From NCBI GenBank assembly GCA_041690135.1, contig JAWLHY010000002.1:416001-480000 (forward strand): DNA of 64,000 bases, written 5' to 3'. Source of the DNA: Armatimonadota bacterium (GTDB lineage: Bacteria > Armatimonadota > SYMT01). Made by a program: the position numbers and the translations under genes. This document shows positions 26,101 to 35,191 of the stretch, one piece after another; position 1 is the first letter of the stretch; each line of letters opens with the position of its first letter. Below the pieces are notes generated by a model that had not been told where the DNA came from, made no database searches, and saw only the letters and a list, made by a program, of their open reading frames with translations.

Positions 26101-27338
26101 CGGATCTCCTGATGACGGGAGCCGTCCACCGGCATCGCCAGGTACGGTCTCCCCAGGGGGTCGGCCTCGAGGTGCGGAACGAAAAAGGCGGGAGCAGGAT
26201 CGGGGGCGGGATGGGAGCGCGTCCACTGCAGATTGCCGAGTAGGTCGTAGTGGTTGAGCGTGTAAGTGTAGGTGCCGTTGTCGCCGGTGCTTCCGGCAAT
26301 GGTAACGTCTCCGTTCCGATCGACGGTCAGGTCCGAGGGGAAGGTATCGGCATTCGGTGGGGCGGAGTAATCGCGCCGCCAGAGCTGGTTTCCCTCGCGA
26401 TCGTAGCGGAAGGTCACCCAGAAGCTGCGGAAACCTTCGGTCCGGGACGTTCCGGTAACCACGACGCCGCCGGTAGGAGCGGCCACGATCTTCCGCGGGA
26501 CGTCCTGGATGTTCGGTCCCCCGTTGAACGTGCGCTCCCAGGCGAGGCCGCCGTTCACCCCGTACCGCAGCGTCACGAAATCGTAATTGCCGGCGAGGGA
26601 GGTCGACCAGACCGACACATAGGGCCCCTCGTCCTGCGCGTCCAGCACGAGACCCACGGTCCGCTCCACCAGGCGGTCGGGCGCCTGGTAATGCTCTTCC
26701 CAGAGAAAAGCCCCCTCCGGATCGTACTTCAGGAGCGCCACGTCGCTGCCGGCCGTCCCACTAGTCGCCGCGTAGACATAGATATCGCCCGCTGAATCGA
26801 TCTTTAGATCTCCCGCGGTCTGAAAGGGTCGCTGGGCGTCCGTGCGCCGGACCGTCCAGACGGGTTGGCCCTGCCGGTCGTACTTGAGCAGCACCAGGTC
26901 TCTTCGGCCCGCAGCAGCCGAGTGGCCCAGCACGTAAACGTTCCCTTCTCGGTCCAGCTCCAGGGCTACGGGCGAGTCGTCCAGGTTCTCCGGGCCGTTA
27001 TAGCGGTTAACGGAGAACGGAATGCCGGCCTCGTAGTACAGGGTGGCGATGTCCTTTCCGGTCCCCGCACCCTGCGAGGTGCCGGTCACCCACACGCGCC
27101 CACACCGGTCCACCCGGAGAGCGACGGCTTCGTCAATGCCGCGTGCTGCGCCGTCGTACGCGTGCCACCAGGCAAGGACCGGTGGTTCCGCACTGGCCTG
27201 CGTGGCACGCGTCGCAAGAAGCAGCAGGGCTCCCATTCCCAACAGAACGATTAACCTCAGCGTCGATGCGGAGAACACGGTAGCGGCTCCAGTTCCACCC
27301 ATGAACCCCACAGCCACGGCCGGGTGAGGGGAGGTCAT
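23148..27338 (-). CDS. Large secreted protein: SBBP-like beta-propeller + lipase-type alpha/beta hydrolase + Ig-like + FN3 + ASH/choice-of-anchor-D-like domain
   Basis: Repeated D..GNVYV.G...KYD..G...W blades; VHGTFS, THSYGG, TIGATHRG; APTGLAAT...W.D...YEYRVRATN; LSFGKVRVG...SSDP. Start uncertain. Confidence 0.8.
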   Translation of the reverse strand: MTSPHPAVAVGFMGGTGAATVFSASTLRLIVLLGMGALLLLATRATQASAEPPVLAWWHAYDGAARGIDEAVALRVDRCGRVWVTGTSQGAGTGKDIATLYYEAGIPFSVNRYNGPENLDDSPVALELDREGNVYVLGHSAAAGRRDLVLLKYDRQGQPVWTVRRTDAQRPFQTAGDLKIDSAGDIYVYAATSGTAGSDVALLKYDPEGAFLWEEHYQAPDRLVERTVGLVLDAQDEGPYVSVWSTSLAGNYDFVTLRYGVNGGLAWERTFNGGPNIQDVPRKIVAAPTGGVVVTGTSRTEGFRSFWVTFRYDREGNQLWRRDYSAPPNADTFPSDLTVDRNGDVTIAGSTGDNGTYTYTLNHYDLLGNLQWTRSHPAPDPAPAFFVPHLEADPLGRPYLAMPVDGSRHQEIRVVAYDLAGEERWQRQFGDSKYSGVRLRDLAVDGAGSVYFAGGGAGLPNSEDFLTVKYDAAFPRPEVELYDASFPAADPVRLPAASVDYSLLGSELWPHLGRSVSRIAADGVTLLLVRVPLPEGVAGDVHMSVGAAGADDPGSLWNLEDLGLYDLSESGGQRDGQGRGPQELHVPVRVIEGKLWAFALYRAPRDFARNTNLQHHETRDVTLRVCVPGRLGEGFDSLLYKEITVVRPLVLLVHGTFSSPDTWWSFPLFRQSGNDLNRYQVAGGKPFNVGRLSFASVDGAAGGAVKTARELLPQFTRTIRQWARLREVAATQADVVTHSYGGVVTRVAAQLQSQPIASANEETGFRTLENWGHGPIHKLITIGATHRGAAIVNHCAAANRRSSGKIGVFAGWGALRFDRGAMRDQFVTTGAAGLLRTATPFPGHAIVGSGLVEYAESPEYTFFQLLHWYDDEDGPYRGAGESFRSGNDNFAGIRRLTNYVFNMDYNVDQAPGELAPNYDLTLGSRSAIGGLPAGAYSERTQIGVLAGRLTHLQQTGDLQVSNRVEFLLNQATTSSFFAPFPAFDPTLSTAERRLAELAEPGDLNIRPFGSAGKDGPTLSTDAAEGLVAVGQSVRVSVSWPGKTIDGMLLLWPTRGGTASARIGGKAPALDLVVEAIPSGRFALAASVRAEDGEVREALLELTLQDSTPYTALTVVPERLTLDSGYPAPLAVYGQLPGGEWREVTRSSATQVVSQNPGIAAVSSDVSVRPVSAGNTAVTVTVAGAGSVQVPVSVTAAPPEAPSAPTGLAATVLSPTAVSLAWTDTSTTKDSFEIERRANDGSFLLVAVTGANTTTFNDTGLSELTRYEYRVRATNAGGDSAYAGPSVAETGATPGGKLVVAKKLSFGKVRVGTVREKKLLLRNVDRRASLTVKLGPVSGAGFTLSGGGTQVIPPRGRLQVPVQYSATEKGRATGTLSVRSSDPRKTRVEVQLLATAR

Positions 27339-27447
27339 CTTCAGGGCGCGCTATTTTTCAAAGAAAGATGCCGCCCGGAGTGCCGTTTCGGGAGAGGTTC
27401 ACTCCGTGGGCGCAGATTACCTGCCTGGAGTACGTTCTGGAGATCGT

Positions 27448-28911
27448 CTATTCGATGGACCTTCCAGCAGGGTAGTCCGCGCCGGTCAGGCTTCTCCGGC
27501 AGGAAGCCCGCCATGTTTCGAGCCGCTCCCGCATCCGCTCCACCCGCTCCGGCATCTGCGGGGCCAGATCCCGCTCTTCACCGGGGTCGGCGGGGAGGTC
27601 GAACAACTGGAGCCGGTCGAGGGTCTTCTCCCGCCCGCGCCCTGCCAGCGTGGCGACCAGCTTGTACCGGTCTTCCAGCCAGGCGACCGTTGCACCGTTT
27701 TCAAAGCTGATGGGACGGTTCCGCTCTCGTCGGCGGTCTTCCAGCAGGGGGCGCAGGCTCATTCCGTCCTGTGGGCGCACCGCCGGCTCTGGAAGGCCCA
27801 GGTAATCGAGCACGGTGGGGAGGGTGTCCTGCGTCGCGCAGGGCGCGGCTACCGTCTTCGGCTGGGGGAAGCGGTCCGGCCACTCCAGCAGCCCGGGCAC
27901 CCGGATGCCGCCTTCCCACAGGTCCCGCTTGCGACCCTTGAACGGTCCCGATGATCCGGGGTCCACCCCGGCACGCCCTTCGGGACCGTTGTCGCTGCAG
28001 AACCAGAGCATGGTGTTTCCCGCGACGCCCAGGGTGCGGAGTTCCCGGCGCAGGCGACCGACCTGCTCGTCCAGCGCGGTGATGCAGCCGTAGTAGTGCT
28101 GCTCGTATCGGGAGGCGCCGGGGTAGAGCTTCGTGTGCTCGGGCCCTGCCACCACCGGCCAGTGCGGCGCGTGGAACCAGACAACCGCCAGGAACGGCTG
28201 GCCGGCGCGGGCACTCTCCCGAATGAACGGCAGCGCGCGGTCGGTGAGGATCCGAGAGTCGTCACCCGGCAGCGGCTCCGCCACCTTGCCCGCTTCCGTC
28301 CAGTAGGCGGTCCCGTAGACCTCCGCCTGGGCCGGGTCGGCGACCGGGTCCCACCACTTGTTTCCGGCGTTCTTGGGCTTCAGGTAAGGGTCCCAGGTCG
28401 GGACCTTCGACTCGGTGGAGAAGCAGGTGTCGAAGCCGTGCTCCCAGGGCGGCGCATAGTCCGCCGCTCCCCGCGGGCCACCCCGGTTGGCGTCCTTCTC
28501 CGTCCGGGTCAGCGTGCCGACATGCCACTTCCCGAAATGACCGGTCCGGTAGCCGCGCTGCCGCAGGATCTCCGCCAGCGTGACCTCCGGCGCCCGCAGG
28601 TGTCCCGAGTTCGCCCCGAAGATGCCGTAGCGGTACGGGTGCCGCCCCGTGAGCACGCTCCCGCGCGTGGGCGAGCAAACCGTCGGCGCGTAGAACCGGT
28701 CGAACCGCACCCCGGAGCGGGCCATCGCGTCCAGGTGCGGCGTCTTCAAGACCGGGTGGCCGTTGTATCCCACGTCGCCCCAGCCCAGGTCATCCGCCAT
28801 CACCAGGACTACGTTCGGTGCTGCGTGCTTCTTCTTCTGTCCCGCTGCAGAAGCGCAGCTCAGAGCGGCCGCAACCAGGATTACGAGGGTCAGGACTATC
28901 GTGCGCACCAT
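27448..28911 (-). CDS. Sulfatase (arylsulfatase A family)
   Basis: MADDLGWGD, CSPTR formylglycine motif, GKWH, SDNG; signal peptide. Confidence 0.95.
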   Translation of the reverse strand: MVRTIVLTLVILVAAALSCASAAGQKKKHAAPNVVLVMADDLGWGDVGYNGHPVLKTPHLDAMARSGVRFDRFYAPTVCSPTRGSVLTGRHPYRYGIFGANSGHLRAPEVTLAEILRQRGYRTGHFGKWHVGTLTRTEKDANRGGPRGAADYAPPWEHGFDTCFSTESKVPTWDPYLKPKNAGNKWWDPVADPAQAEVYGTAYWTEAGKVAEPLPGDDSRILTDRALPFIRESARAGQPFLAVVWFHAPHWPVVAGPEHTKLYPGASRYEQHYYGCITALDEQVGRLRRELRTLGVAGNTMLWFCSDNGPEGRAGVDPGSSGPFKGRKRDLWEGGIRVPGLLEWPDRFPQPKTVAAPCATQDTLPTVLDYLGLPEPAVRPQDGMSLRPLLEDRRRERNRPISFENGATVAWLEDRYKLVATLAGRGREKTLDRLQLFDLPADPGEERDLAPQMPERVERMRERLETWRASCRRSLTGADYPAGRSIE

Positions 28912-29320
28912 CACATCCCTCCAGGCCGGTTCACGGCACACCCCGCTCTGGTTTCTCTTTCGTAATCGTCCCCCGTTGTGCCTTCTTCGGGTGGGCGAAG
29001 GAGTGCTGCCGACTCGTGAACCCACCTTGGCACATCGTCAATTCCGATCCGTCCAACGCTCCCACCGGATCCAACACGGGTTCCGATCAACACCAGTCGA
29101 GGCGGTGGCCGGAGAGCAGGATCCTGGGCAACTGCGGCTTTGCACTCGCTCATCAAGTCCATCAGAGGGCAAGTACAGCCCTAACTCCGCCGGGTGTACG
29201 GTTGCCCCTACATTTCTCCTTACCGTTACCCCGCCGCCAGTCCGCACACTGCAACCGCTGAGGTTTTCTCCGTGTCCATCCGCCCGATCCGTGCCATCCG
29301 TGTCTCAAGCTGAAACACAG

Positions 29321-29350
29321 CAAAAAGCCCGGGCCAAACGGCCCGGGCTT
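29321..29350 (-). terminator. Intrinsic terminator downstream of the beta-propeller genes
   Basis: aaaagcccgggcc-aaac-ggcccgggctt hairpin with a U-tract on the minus strand. Confidence 0.65.
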
Positions 29351-29366
29351 CGGTCACGCAGCGGAA

Positions 29367-29401
29367 ATTTGCAATTTGCAATTTTCAATTGTCAGTTTGC
29401 A
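29367..29401. repeat. Heptamer array (ATTTGCA-like)x5
   Basis: ATTTGCA ATTTGCA ATTTTCA ATTGTCA GTTTGCA. Confidence 0.85.
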
Positions 29402-29433
29402 ATCTCCGGAATCGCCGCAATCCCCCTGGCAAC

Positions 29434-30978
29434 TTACTTACCGATTGCGTAGAGGTGCGTCGGGGTGGCGACGTACAGGACGCCGTTGGCAACTACCGGT
29501 GACGAGTAGATCGGCGCGCGGAAGTCGATCTTGCCGATCTCTTTCAGCGTCTTGTCGGCGGCCAGCATCACGAAGTCGCCATCCTCGGTGCCGACCATCA
29601 CCTTGCCGTCCGCCACCAGCGTGGAGGACCAGATGTGGCTCTTGGTGTCGTACTTCCAGTGCTGCTTGCCCGTCTCCGCGTCCATGCAGTAGATGAAGCC
29701 GCTGAAGTCCGCCACGTAGAGGAGACCGTTGTGGATGGACGGCGTGGACAGCGAGCGGTTGATGCCGTTGAAGCGCCAGATGGTGCCGTTCTTCGTGATG
29801 TCGCCCGTCTTGCTGGCGTCGATGCAGACGAAGCTGCCGACCCCCTCGCCGTGCTCGGGGTCCTGCCCGATGGGGACATAGACGCGGTTCTTGTAGAACA
29901 CGGGGGTGGCGATCACTTCGCTGGGGCCTTCCGGCGTGGCGTACTTGATCGGCTTGCCGTCCTTCATCCGGTACTCGGCGGGGTTGCAGTCGTAGCGGAA
30001 CAGCTCCTTGAAGATGTTGATCCCGTCCTCGGCAGCCACCGGCTTCGTGTCGTAGCCGTAGCAGATCCCGTCGCCGCCGCCGAAGATGATCATCTCCTGG
30101 TTGCCGACCTTGCCGAAGGCGGCGGAGGACCAGTTGGAGTGGAGGGTCTTCGCGGAGACGCCCGAGGACTCTTCCGCCAGCAGCTCGCCGGTGTTCTTGT
30201 TGAGCATGCAGAGGGCGGGAGCGCGCGGGTTGGGGATGGTGGTGTGGGTCCAGTCCACGCCATTGGAGGTGGTCACCACGAGCTTGTCGCCGAAGATCAG
30301 CGGGCCGCAGTTGGTGATGTTGTGCGGGAAGACGCCCAGCTCTTCGCGCATGTCGAAGCGCCAGATGATGTCGGCCTGCAGCGGGCCGGCGGGCACCGGG
30401 GGCTTGCCGGGCTCGGCGAGATACTTGGCCTCGTCCTTGAACGGGCCGTCGTTGCCGTTCGCCAGGCCTTCCACATCGAGACACATCGCCTCGCAGCGGT
30501 TGGTGACGATGTAGACGCGGTTCCCCTCCACGGCGGGGGAGGAGCAGATGCCCAGGAACTCCCAGTCGGAGACCTTGCCAGTGCCGAGCTTGGGCGCGGT
30601 GAGCTGCCAGAGAAGCTTGCCGGTCTTCTCATCCAGGCACATCAGCACGCCGCGGTCCCCCTGGATGGCGGGGTCGCGGGGCGTCTCGTTGTTGGTGCCG
30701 ACGAACACTTTGCCGCCGGAGACGGCGGGGTTGCCGTAGGTCTGCGAGCCGAGCTTGGCCACCCACTTCACGTTCTTGGTGGTGGCCATGTCGATCTCTT
30801 CGGTGTTGCCCTTGTAGCGGCCCACGTCCCAGGTGGCTGGGAAGCCGGTGCCGTCGCTGACCATGTTGCGGGAGGAAGTACCCCCCCACATCGGCCAGTC
30901 GGCGGCCATCCCGACCATCGGCACGGCCGCCAGCGAGAGCGCCGAGGCCGCGTAGATATGGCGGATCTTGCGTTGCAT
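29434..30978 (-). CDS. PQQ-binding-like beta-propeller repeat protein
   Basis: DWPMWGG, repeated CLD..TGK..W blades, SSPVVANGVLYV. Confidence 0.9.
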   Translation of the reverse strand: MQRKIRHIYAASALSLAAVPMVGMAADWPMWGGTSSRNMVSDGTGFPATWDVGRYKGNTEEIDMATTKNVKWVAKLGSQTYGNPAVSGGKVFVGTNNETPRDPAIQGDRGVLMCLDEKTGKLLWQLTAPKLGTGKVSDWEFLGICSSPAVEGNRVYIVTNRCEAMCLDVEGLANGNDGPFKDEAKYLAEPGKPPVPAGPLQADIIWRFDMREELGVFPHNITNCGPLIFGDKLVVTTSNGVDWTHTTIPNPRAPALCMLNKNTGELLAEESSGVSAKTLHSNWSSAAFGKVGNQEMIIFGGGDGICYGYDTKPVAAEDGINIFKELFRYDCNPAEYRMKDGKPIKYATPEGPSEVIATPVFYKNRVYVPIGQDPEHGEGVGSFVCIDASKTGDITKNGTIWRFNGINRSLSTPSIHNGLLYVADFSGFIYCMDAETGKQHWKYDTKSHIWSSTLVADGKVMVGTEDGDFVMLAADKTLKEIGKIDFRAPIYSSPVVANGVLYVATPTHLYAIGK

Positions 30979-31055
30979 TCTGGGTTACCTCGTACTGGTC
31001 CAGGAGGAGAAGCGGAAATGCCGGGGGAGCGGTGCGTCGCTCCCCCGGCCCGAAA

Positions 31056-33383
31056 TTACGAATTCGGGGTAATCGACAGGTTGTCGATGTAGACCCGGAA
31101 CAGGTTGTTCGGCGTGAACCCGAAGAGGCCCGGCGCCCCCTCGGTGTGGGCCTGCTTGTGCTCGACCTCAACGTTCCAGGCAGCGGGCTCGGCTTCGCCC
31201 TTCTTCCACGCCTTGGCCCGCACGATCCCGGAGCCGTCCGGCTTCGTGTCCACGCGCATCTTCAGGCGATACCAGGTCTTGGGCGTCCAGGCGAACTTGG
31301 CGGACTGCTTGATGCGCTCCTGGTTGGAGCTGATCTCGATCTCCTGCGCGTTGCCGAGGAGTTGGACCATATACCGCTGGTTGATCAGGCCCACGGTAGA
31401 CATCGTGCGCCGGTTGCCGTCCGTGCGCACATCCGCCTCGATCGTGTAGTTCTTCTCCGTGGGGTGGCCGAGAAAGACGGTCGACCGCTGGAAGAACTGG
31501 TTGTCCAGGGTCTTCGCCAGCGCCTTGGTGCCGTCCACGTCGCGGACTTCCCACTTCAGGCGCGCGCCGTTCCAGGGCAGCGGCGGGAAGGCGAACTTCA
31601 CGCCTTCCGTTGCGTGGTCCACCGCCAGGTTGTAGCCCTCGAAGTCTTCCTTCACCGGCGCGGTCTGGAGCACCCGGCCGCGGATGTAACCCTTGAGGCC
31701 GTTCAACGTGGCTTCCCAGGCGCCGGCGGAAGCGGGGGCGCCTGGGGCGGCCATCAGCTCCCCCTTGGCGTTGAAGCTGGCGTTCATCTCCGCGCGCACG
31801 CGGGCCGTCGGCGGGATATACTTCGCCCATTTCGCCTGCGAGGCGTCGAGCCAGCCGGTCGGGATCCCGTTGGCGTCGATTCCGCGGATACGGAACTTCT
31901 GGGGCTGACCCGGCCGCAGCAGGACTTCGGAGGGGATGATCTGCAGCGCCACCGGCTGGCCGGCCTTCGGGTATGCGGGCGTCGGGGCCGGAGCAACCTG
32001 CGCTGAGCTTCCGCCCTTCTTACCGAAGCAGTAGAGCTTGTCCGTGGTGAGGACGTAGACCTTGCCGTTCCAGATCGCCGGCGCACCCAGGCTGCGGCCT
32101 TCGAGCTGGACCTTGCAGAGCTCCTTGGCCCCCTGGTCGGAGGGCTGGATGATGAAGAACGTCCCGTTGTGCATCGGGATGTACAGCTTGCCGTCGGCGT
32201 AGAGCGGAGAGGCGTGGAGCTGGTCCGGCGCCATCTTGTGCTCCCACAGGATCTTGCCGTTATCCGCGTTCACGGCGGCGAGGGAGCCCGTCTTCGTCAC
32301 CTGGTAGATCCGGTTGCCCACGAGCACGGGAGAGCTCGAAATGGTTTCCAGGTGGTTTCGCCACACCTCCGCCGCGCGTTCCAGTACCGGTGCTCCCGCC
32401 TCGCTTGGTTTCCCTTCCGCCATGGAATTGATCGCGATCTGGCGGCCGATCTCGGAGTTGTCCAGGTTCTCGTCGGCGTGGATGGCGATTACGCGGTCCT
32501 TGTAGAGGAGGACTGAGGGGTTCACCCCGCCTGCGGAGAGCGGCAGGCGCCAGATCCCCTCGCCGGTGCGTGCGTTCACGCAGGCGACGTTGCCGCAGCC
32601 GAGGCCGGTGTAGAAGACCCGCTTGCCGTTGCGCCAGGCAAAGACCGGCCGGGAGAAGACGTTGTCTTTCGGGCGGTCGCCGGGGCTGGAGGTCCACACC
32701 AGGTCGCCCGTCTTCTTATCGAAGGCGTAGAAGCGGTCCTTCGCCGGGCCGTCCGCGCCCCAGTTGCTGGTGATGTAGCGGGTGATGACCAGCTCGTTCT
32801 CGATGAACGGGGAGCCGTTGCGGCCGTTGGGGAAGGTGAGGCGGCCGAACTCGTCCATCATCGAGTGCTGCCACACGAGTTTCCCCTGCGGCGTGAAGGC
32901 ACTGAACAGGCCCGCGGCGGTCACCACGTAGACGTTGCCGGTCTCGGGATCGATGCAGGGGCTGCCGATGGCGTACCGGTCATAGATGATGTCGCTGAGG
33001 AAGTCGCTGAAGCGGTGTTCCCACAGCTTCTTGCCCGTCTCCGCGTCGGCACAGAACAGCACTTCTTGGAGATCCGGGCCCTGGCCGGAATAACCGAGGG
33101 CGAACAGCTTCCCGTTGGCGATCACCGGCGACCCGGCGCCGCTGATCTTCATGGTCCAGAGCGCTGCATCCGGCGAGACGGTGGCGGGCAGCCCCTTCTC
33201 GGGGCTGGTCCCATCCTGGTTCGGCCCGCGCCAGTCCAGCCAGCCGCGCACCGGCGCCGACTTCGTGGCAGCCGCCTTGCCCGCTTGAGCCGAAGCGGCG
33301 CCCGTCACTCCCGCCAGCAGCAGGACGGCTCCCGCCGCTACCGGCAGCGGAGAAATCTTCCTCTTCATCCTAAATAGCTCCAT
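31056..33383 (-). CDS. PQQ-like beta-propeller protein with C-terminal Ig-like and lectin/DUF1080-like domains
   Basis: WLDWRGPNQDG, propeller blades, C-terminal WYRLKMRV...GAPGLFG...VYIDNL. Confidence 0.88.
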   Translation of the reverse strand: MELFRMKRKISPLPVAAGAVLLLAGVTGAASAQAGKAAATKSAPVRGWLDWRGPNQDGTSPEKGLPATVSPDAALWTMKISGAGSPVIANGKLFALGYSGQGPDLQEVLFCADAETGKKLWEHRFSDFLSDIIYDRYAIGSPCIDPETGNVYVVTAAGLFSAFTPQGKLVWQHSMMDEFGRLTFPNGRNGSPFIENELVITRYITSNWGADGPAKDRFYAFDKKTGDLVWTSSPGDRPKDNVFSRPVFAWRNGKRVFYTGLGCGNVACVNARTGEGIWRLPLSAGGVNPSVLLYKDRVIAIHADENLDNSEIGRQIAINSMAEGKPSEAGAPVLERAAEVWRNHLETISSSPVLVGNRIYQVTKTGSLAAVNADNGKILWEHKMAPDQLHASPLYADGKLYIPMHNGTFFIIQPSDQGAKELCKVQLEGRSLGAPAIWNGKVYVLTTDKLYCFGKKGGSSAQVAPAPTPAYPKAGQPVALQIIPSEVLLRPGQPQKFRIRGIDANGIPTGWLDASQAKWAKYIPPTARVRAEMNASFNAKGELMAAPGAPASAGAWEATLNGLKGYIRGRVLQTAPVKEDFEGYNLAVDHATEGVKFAFPPLPWNGARLKWEVRDVDGTKALAKTLDNQFFQRSTVFLGHPTEKNYTIEADVRTDGNRRTMSTVGLINQRYMVQLLGNAQEIEISSNQERIKQSAKFAWTPKTWYRLKMRVDTKPDGSGIVRAKAWKKGEAEPAAWNVEVEHKQAHTEGAPGLFGFTPNNLFRVYIDNLSITPNS

Positions 33384-33414
33384 TACGACTACGGTTTTTC
33401 GGGAACGAGATCAC

Positions 33415-33580
33415 GGTTGGCAAGTCGGAAGGTTGAAAGTTGCAGGTTAGACTCCCGCTACCCCCACTTGTGACTACAGAGGCACCCTGAACTGGTACAA
33501 GGCTGGGAAGCCCGAAGACCGCGCTCTCAACCTTTCAATCCATAAACTTGCCAACTTTCAACTTTCAACCTTCAACTTGC
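33415..33580. repeat. Inverted pair of 7/8-mer arrays (RGTTGNA / CAACYTT)
   Basis: Left ggttggca agtcggaa ggttgaa agttgca ggttaga; right caaccttt ... caacttt caacttt caacctt caacttg. Confidence 0.75.
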
Positions 33581-33601
33581 ATCCACATCTGCCAAACTCG
33601 C

Positions 33602-34831
33602 CTACGTACTGCGCACATCAAGGCAAACGAGATCGCCTTCGTGGCTGCGACAGTAGATTCGGCCATTGGCCAGCACCGGATGGGTCCAGCACTGCCCGCG
33701 CAAAACGTTGGCTCGCGCCAGCTCGGAATAACGCTGCGGGGTGGCGGCAGCCAGGACGAGCTCGCCCCGGCCCGTCAGTACAATTAGCTTGCCGTCCGCC
33801 GCGATAAGTCCTCCCTTGTCCATCCCGCGGCTCTGCCAGCGCTCTTGTCCGGTGCGCGCATCGAGGCATTTCAGGCGGCCGTCGTCATTGCCGTACAGGT
33901 GCCCGCCTACCAGCACGCTTCCGTTGAAGTGGTTCCGCATGTTGCGGTTCTCCCACAACACACGCGGCCGGACTCCCTGTAGTTGCAGCATCGCGCAGCC
34001 GTGGTTATAGCCGGAGGAAATGAACACCTGGTCGCCGTTGAAGAGCGGGTCGGCGGCATTCACGTCGTACTCGGTCCGCCACGGGTGGTCCCAGATACGT
34101 CGCCCGTTCGCGGGGTTGATCCCGATCAGGGCCGTCGCGCCGAAGATGGCTACCGCCCACTCCTTGCCCCGGGCGAATGCCACGGGGGAGGCATAGCCGG
34201 CCGCCCCGCCGCCCGACTGCCAGAGGAGCCGGCCCGTCTTCTTATCCAGCGCCGTGCCGTGGGTCCCCACGTTGTAGATGACCCGGTCGCCGAACACCAG
34301 CGGTGACCCCGCGAAGCCCCAGCGTGGAACCGCGGCGCGTACCGCCCGTTGGAGGTCGTTCCGCCACACCACCTTGCCGGTGGCCGCGTTCAGGCAGAGG
34401 GCCAGCCCCTCCCGGCTGAGGGTGTAGACGTTGCCCCCCTCGACATCGGGTGTCGCGCGCGGACCCGAGTAGTCCCCCCCGCCGCACGGGTAGTTGGAGC
34501 GCCACAGCACCTTGCCGGTATCCGCGTTCAGGCAGAGGACGGAATCCTGTCCCCCGGTGTTGCCCAGGGTGTAGACCCGCCCGCCCGCCACGGCCACGGA
34601 AGAGTAGCCCTCTCCCACGCGCGCAGACCAGAGCCGCCGCGGCCCGGAAGCCGGCCAGCGAGCCAGCCAGCCCTTCTCATCGGAATGGCCGGTGCGCCGG
34701 GGGCCTCGCCACTGCGGCCAATCCGCGGCGAGAGCCGGAAGCTCGGAAAGCGCCGCCAGCGCACCTCCGGAGGCCAGGGCGAGCCCGCCCCGCAGGAGAT
34801 TTCGCCGGGAAACCTGTTCGCGTTCGTTCAT
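33602..34831 (-). CDS. Tat-exported PQQ-like beta-propeller protein
   Basis: SRRNLL Tat motif, DWPQWRGP, WTHPVLANGRIYCR. Confidence 0.9.
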   Translation of the reverse strand: MNEREQVSRRNLLRGGLALASGGALAALSELPALAADWPQWRGPRRTGHSDEKGWLARWPASGPRRLWSARVGEGYSSVAVAGGRVYTLGNTGGQDSVLCLNADTGKVLWRSNYPCGGGDYSGPRATPDVEGGNVYTLSREGLALCLNAATGKVVWRNDLQRAVRAAVPRWGFAGSPLVFGDRVIYNVGTHGTALDKKTGRLLWQSGGGAAGYASPVAFARGKEWAVAIFGATALIGINPANGRRIWDHPWRTEYDVNAADPLFNGDQVFISSGYNHGCAMLQLQGVRPRVLWENRNMRNHFNGSVLVGGHLYGNDDGRLKCLDARTGQERWQSRGMDKGGLIAADGKLIVLTGRGELVLAAATPQRYSELARANVLRGQCWTHPVLANGRIYCRSHEGDLVCLDVRST

Positions 34832-34993
34832 CAGCTACCTCTGAGACCCTCGTCCTCTATCTCATACGCGCCTGTAAGGGAGTACGTCAGGACCCGCCTC
34901 CGCGTTCGCGGTTTTTTCACTGAGAAGCCCGAGCCGGTCGTTGTCGCCATTGCCGAATGGGCAATCTCGCCGACAGCTCTGGTGACGGTCGTT

Positions 34994-35065
34994 CCCCTCT
35001 CCCGCAGCGTGGGACGGGCGCCCTTTGGGCAGGGGGTACCCCGTACGGGGTGGCAGGGGTGAGGG
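34994..35065 (+). repeat. CCCCTCTC...GGGGTGAGG palindromic repeat family C copy 1
   Basis: Same termini as 63257-63295, with a longer interior. Confidence 0.55.
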
Positions 35066-35167
35066 CCGCTCCGTAGATTCGTCCGTTGCCGAATGGACCC
35101 GATCCTCCTCTGGTGACGATTGCAAGCTAAACCCAACAATTAATCCGGAGGACTTCAGGCCTAAATC

Positions 35168-35181
35168 TTTTACGTATAAAG
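35168..35181. promoter_or_regulatory. Candidate MarR operator
   Basis: AT-rich imperfect palindrome around TTTTACGTATAAAG just before the marR start. Confidence 0.4.
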
Positions 35182-35191
35182 TAATACTCCG

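Noticed and set aside
29434-34831. PQQ-dependent dehydrogenases or BamB
   Set aside because: Only generic propeller blades are visible; no quinoprotein active-site motifs or bam context.
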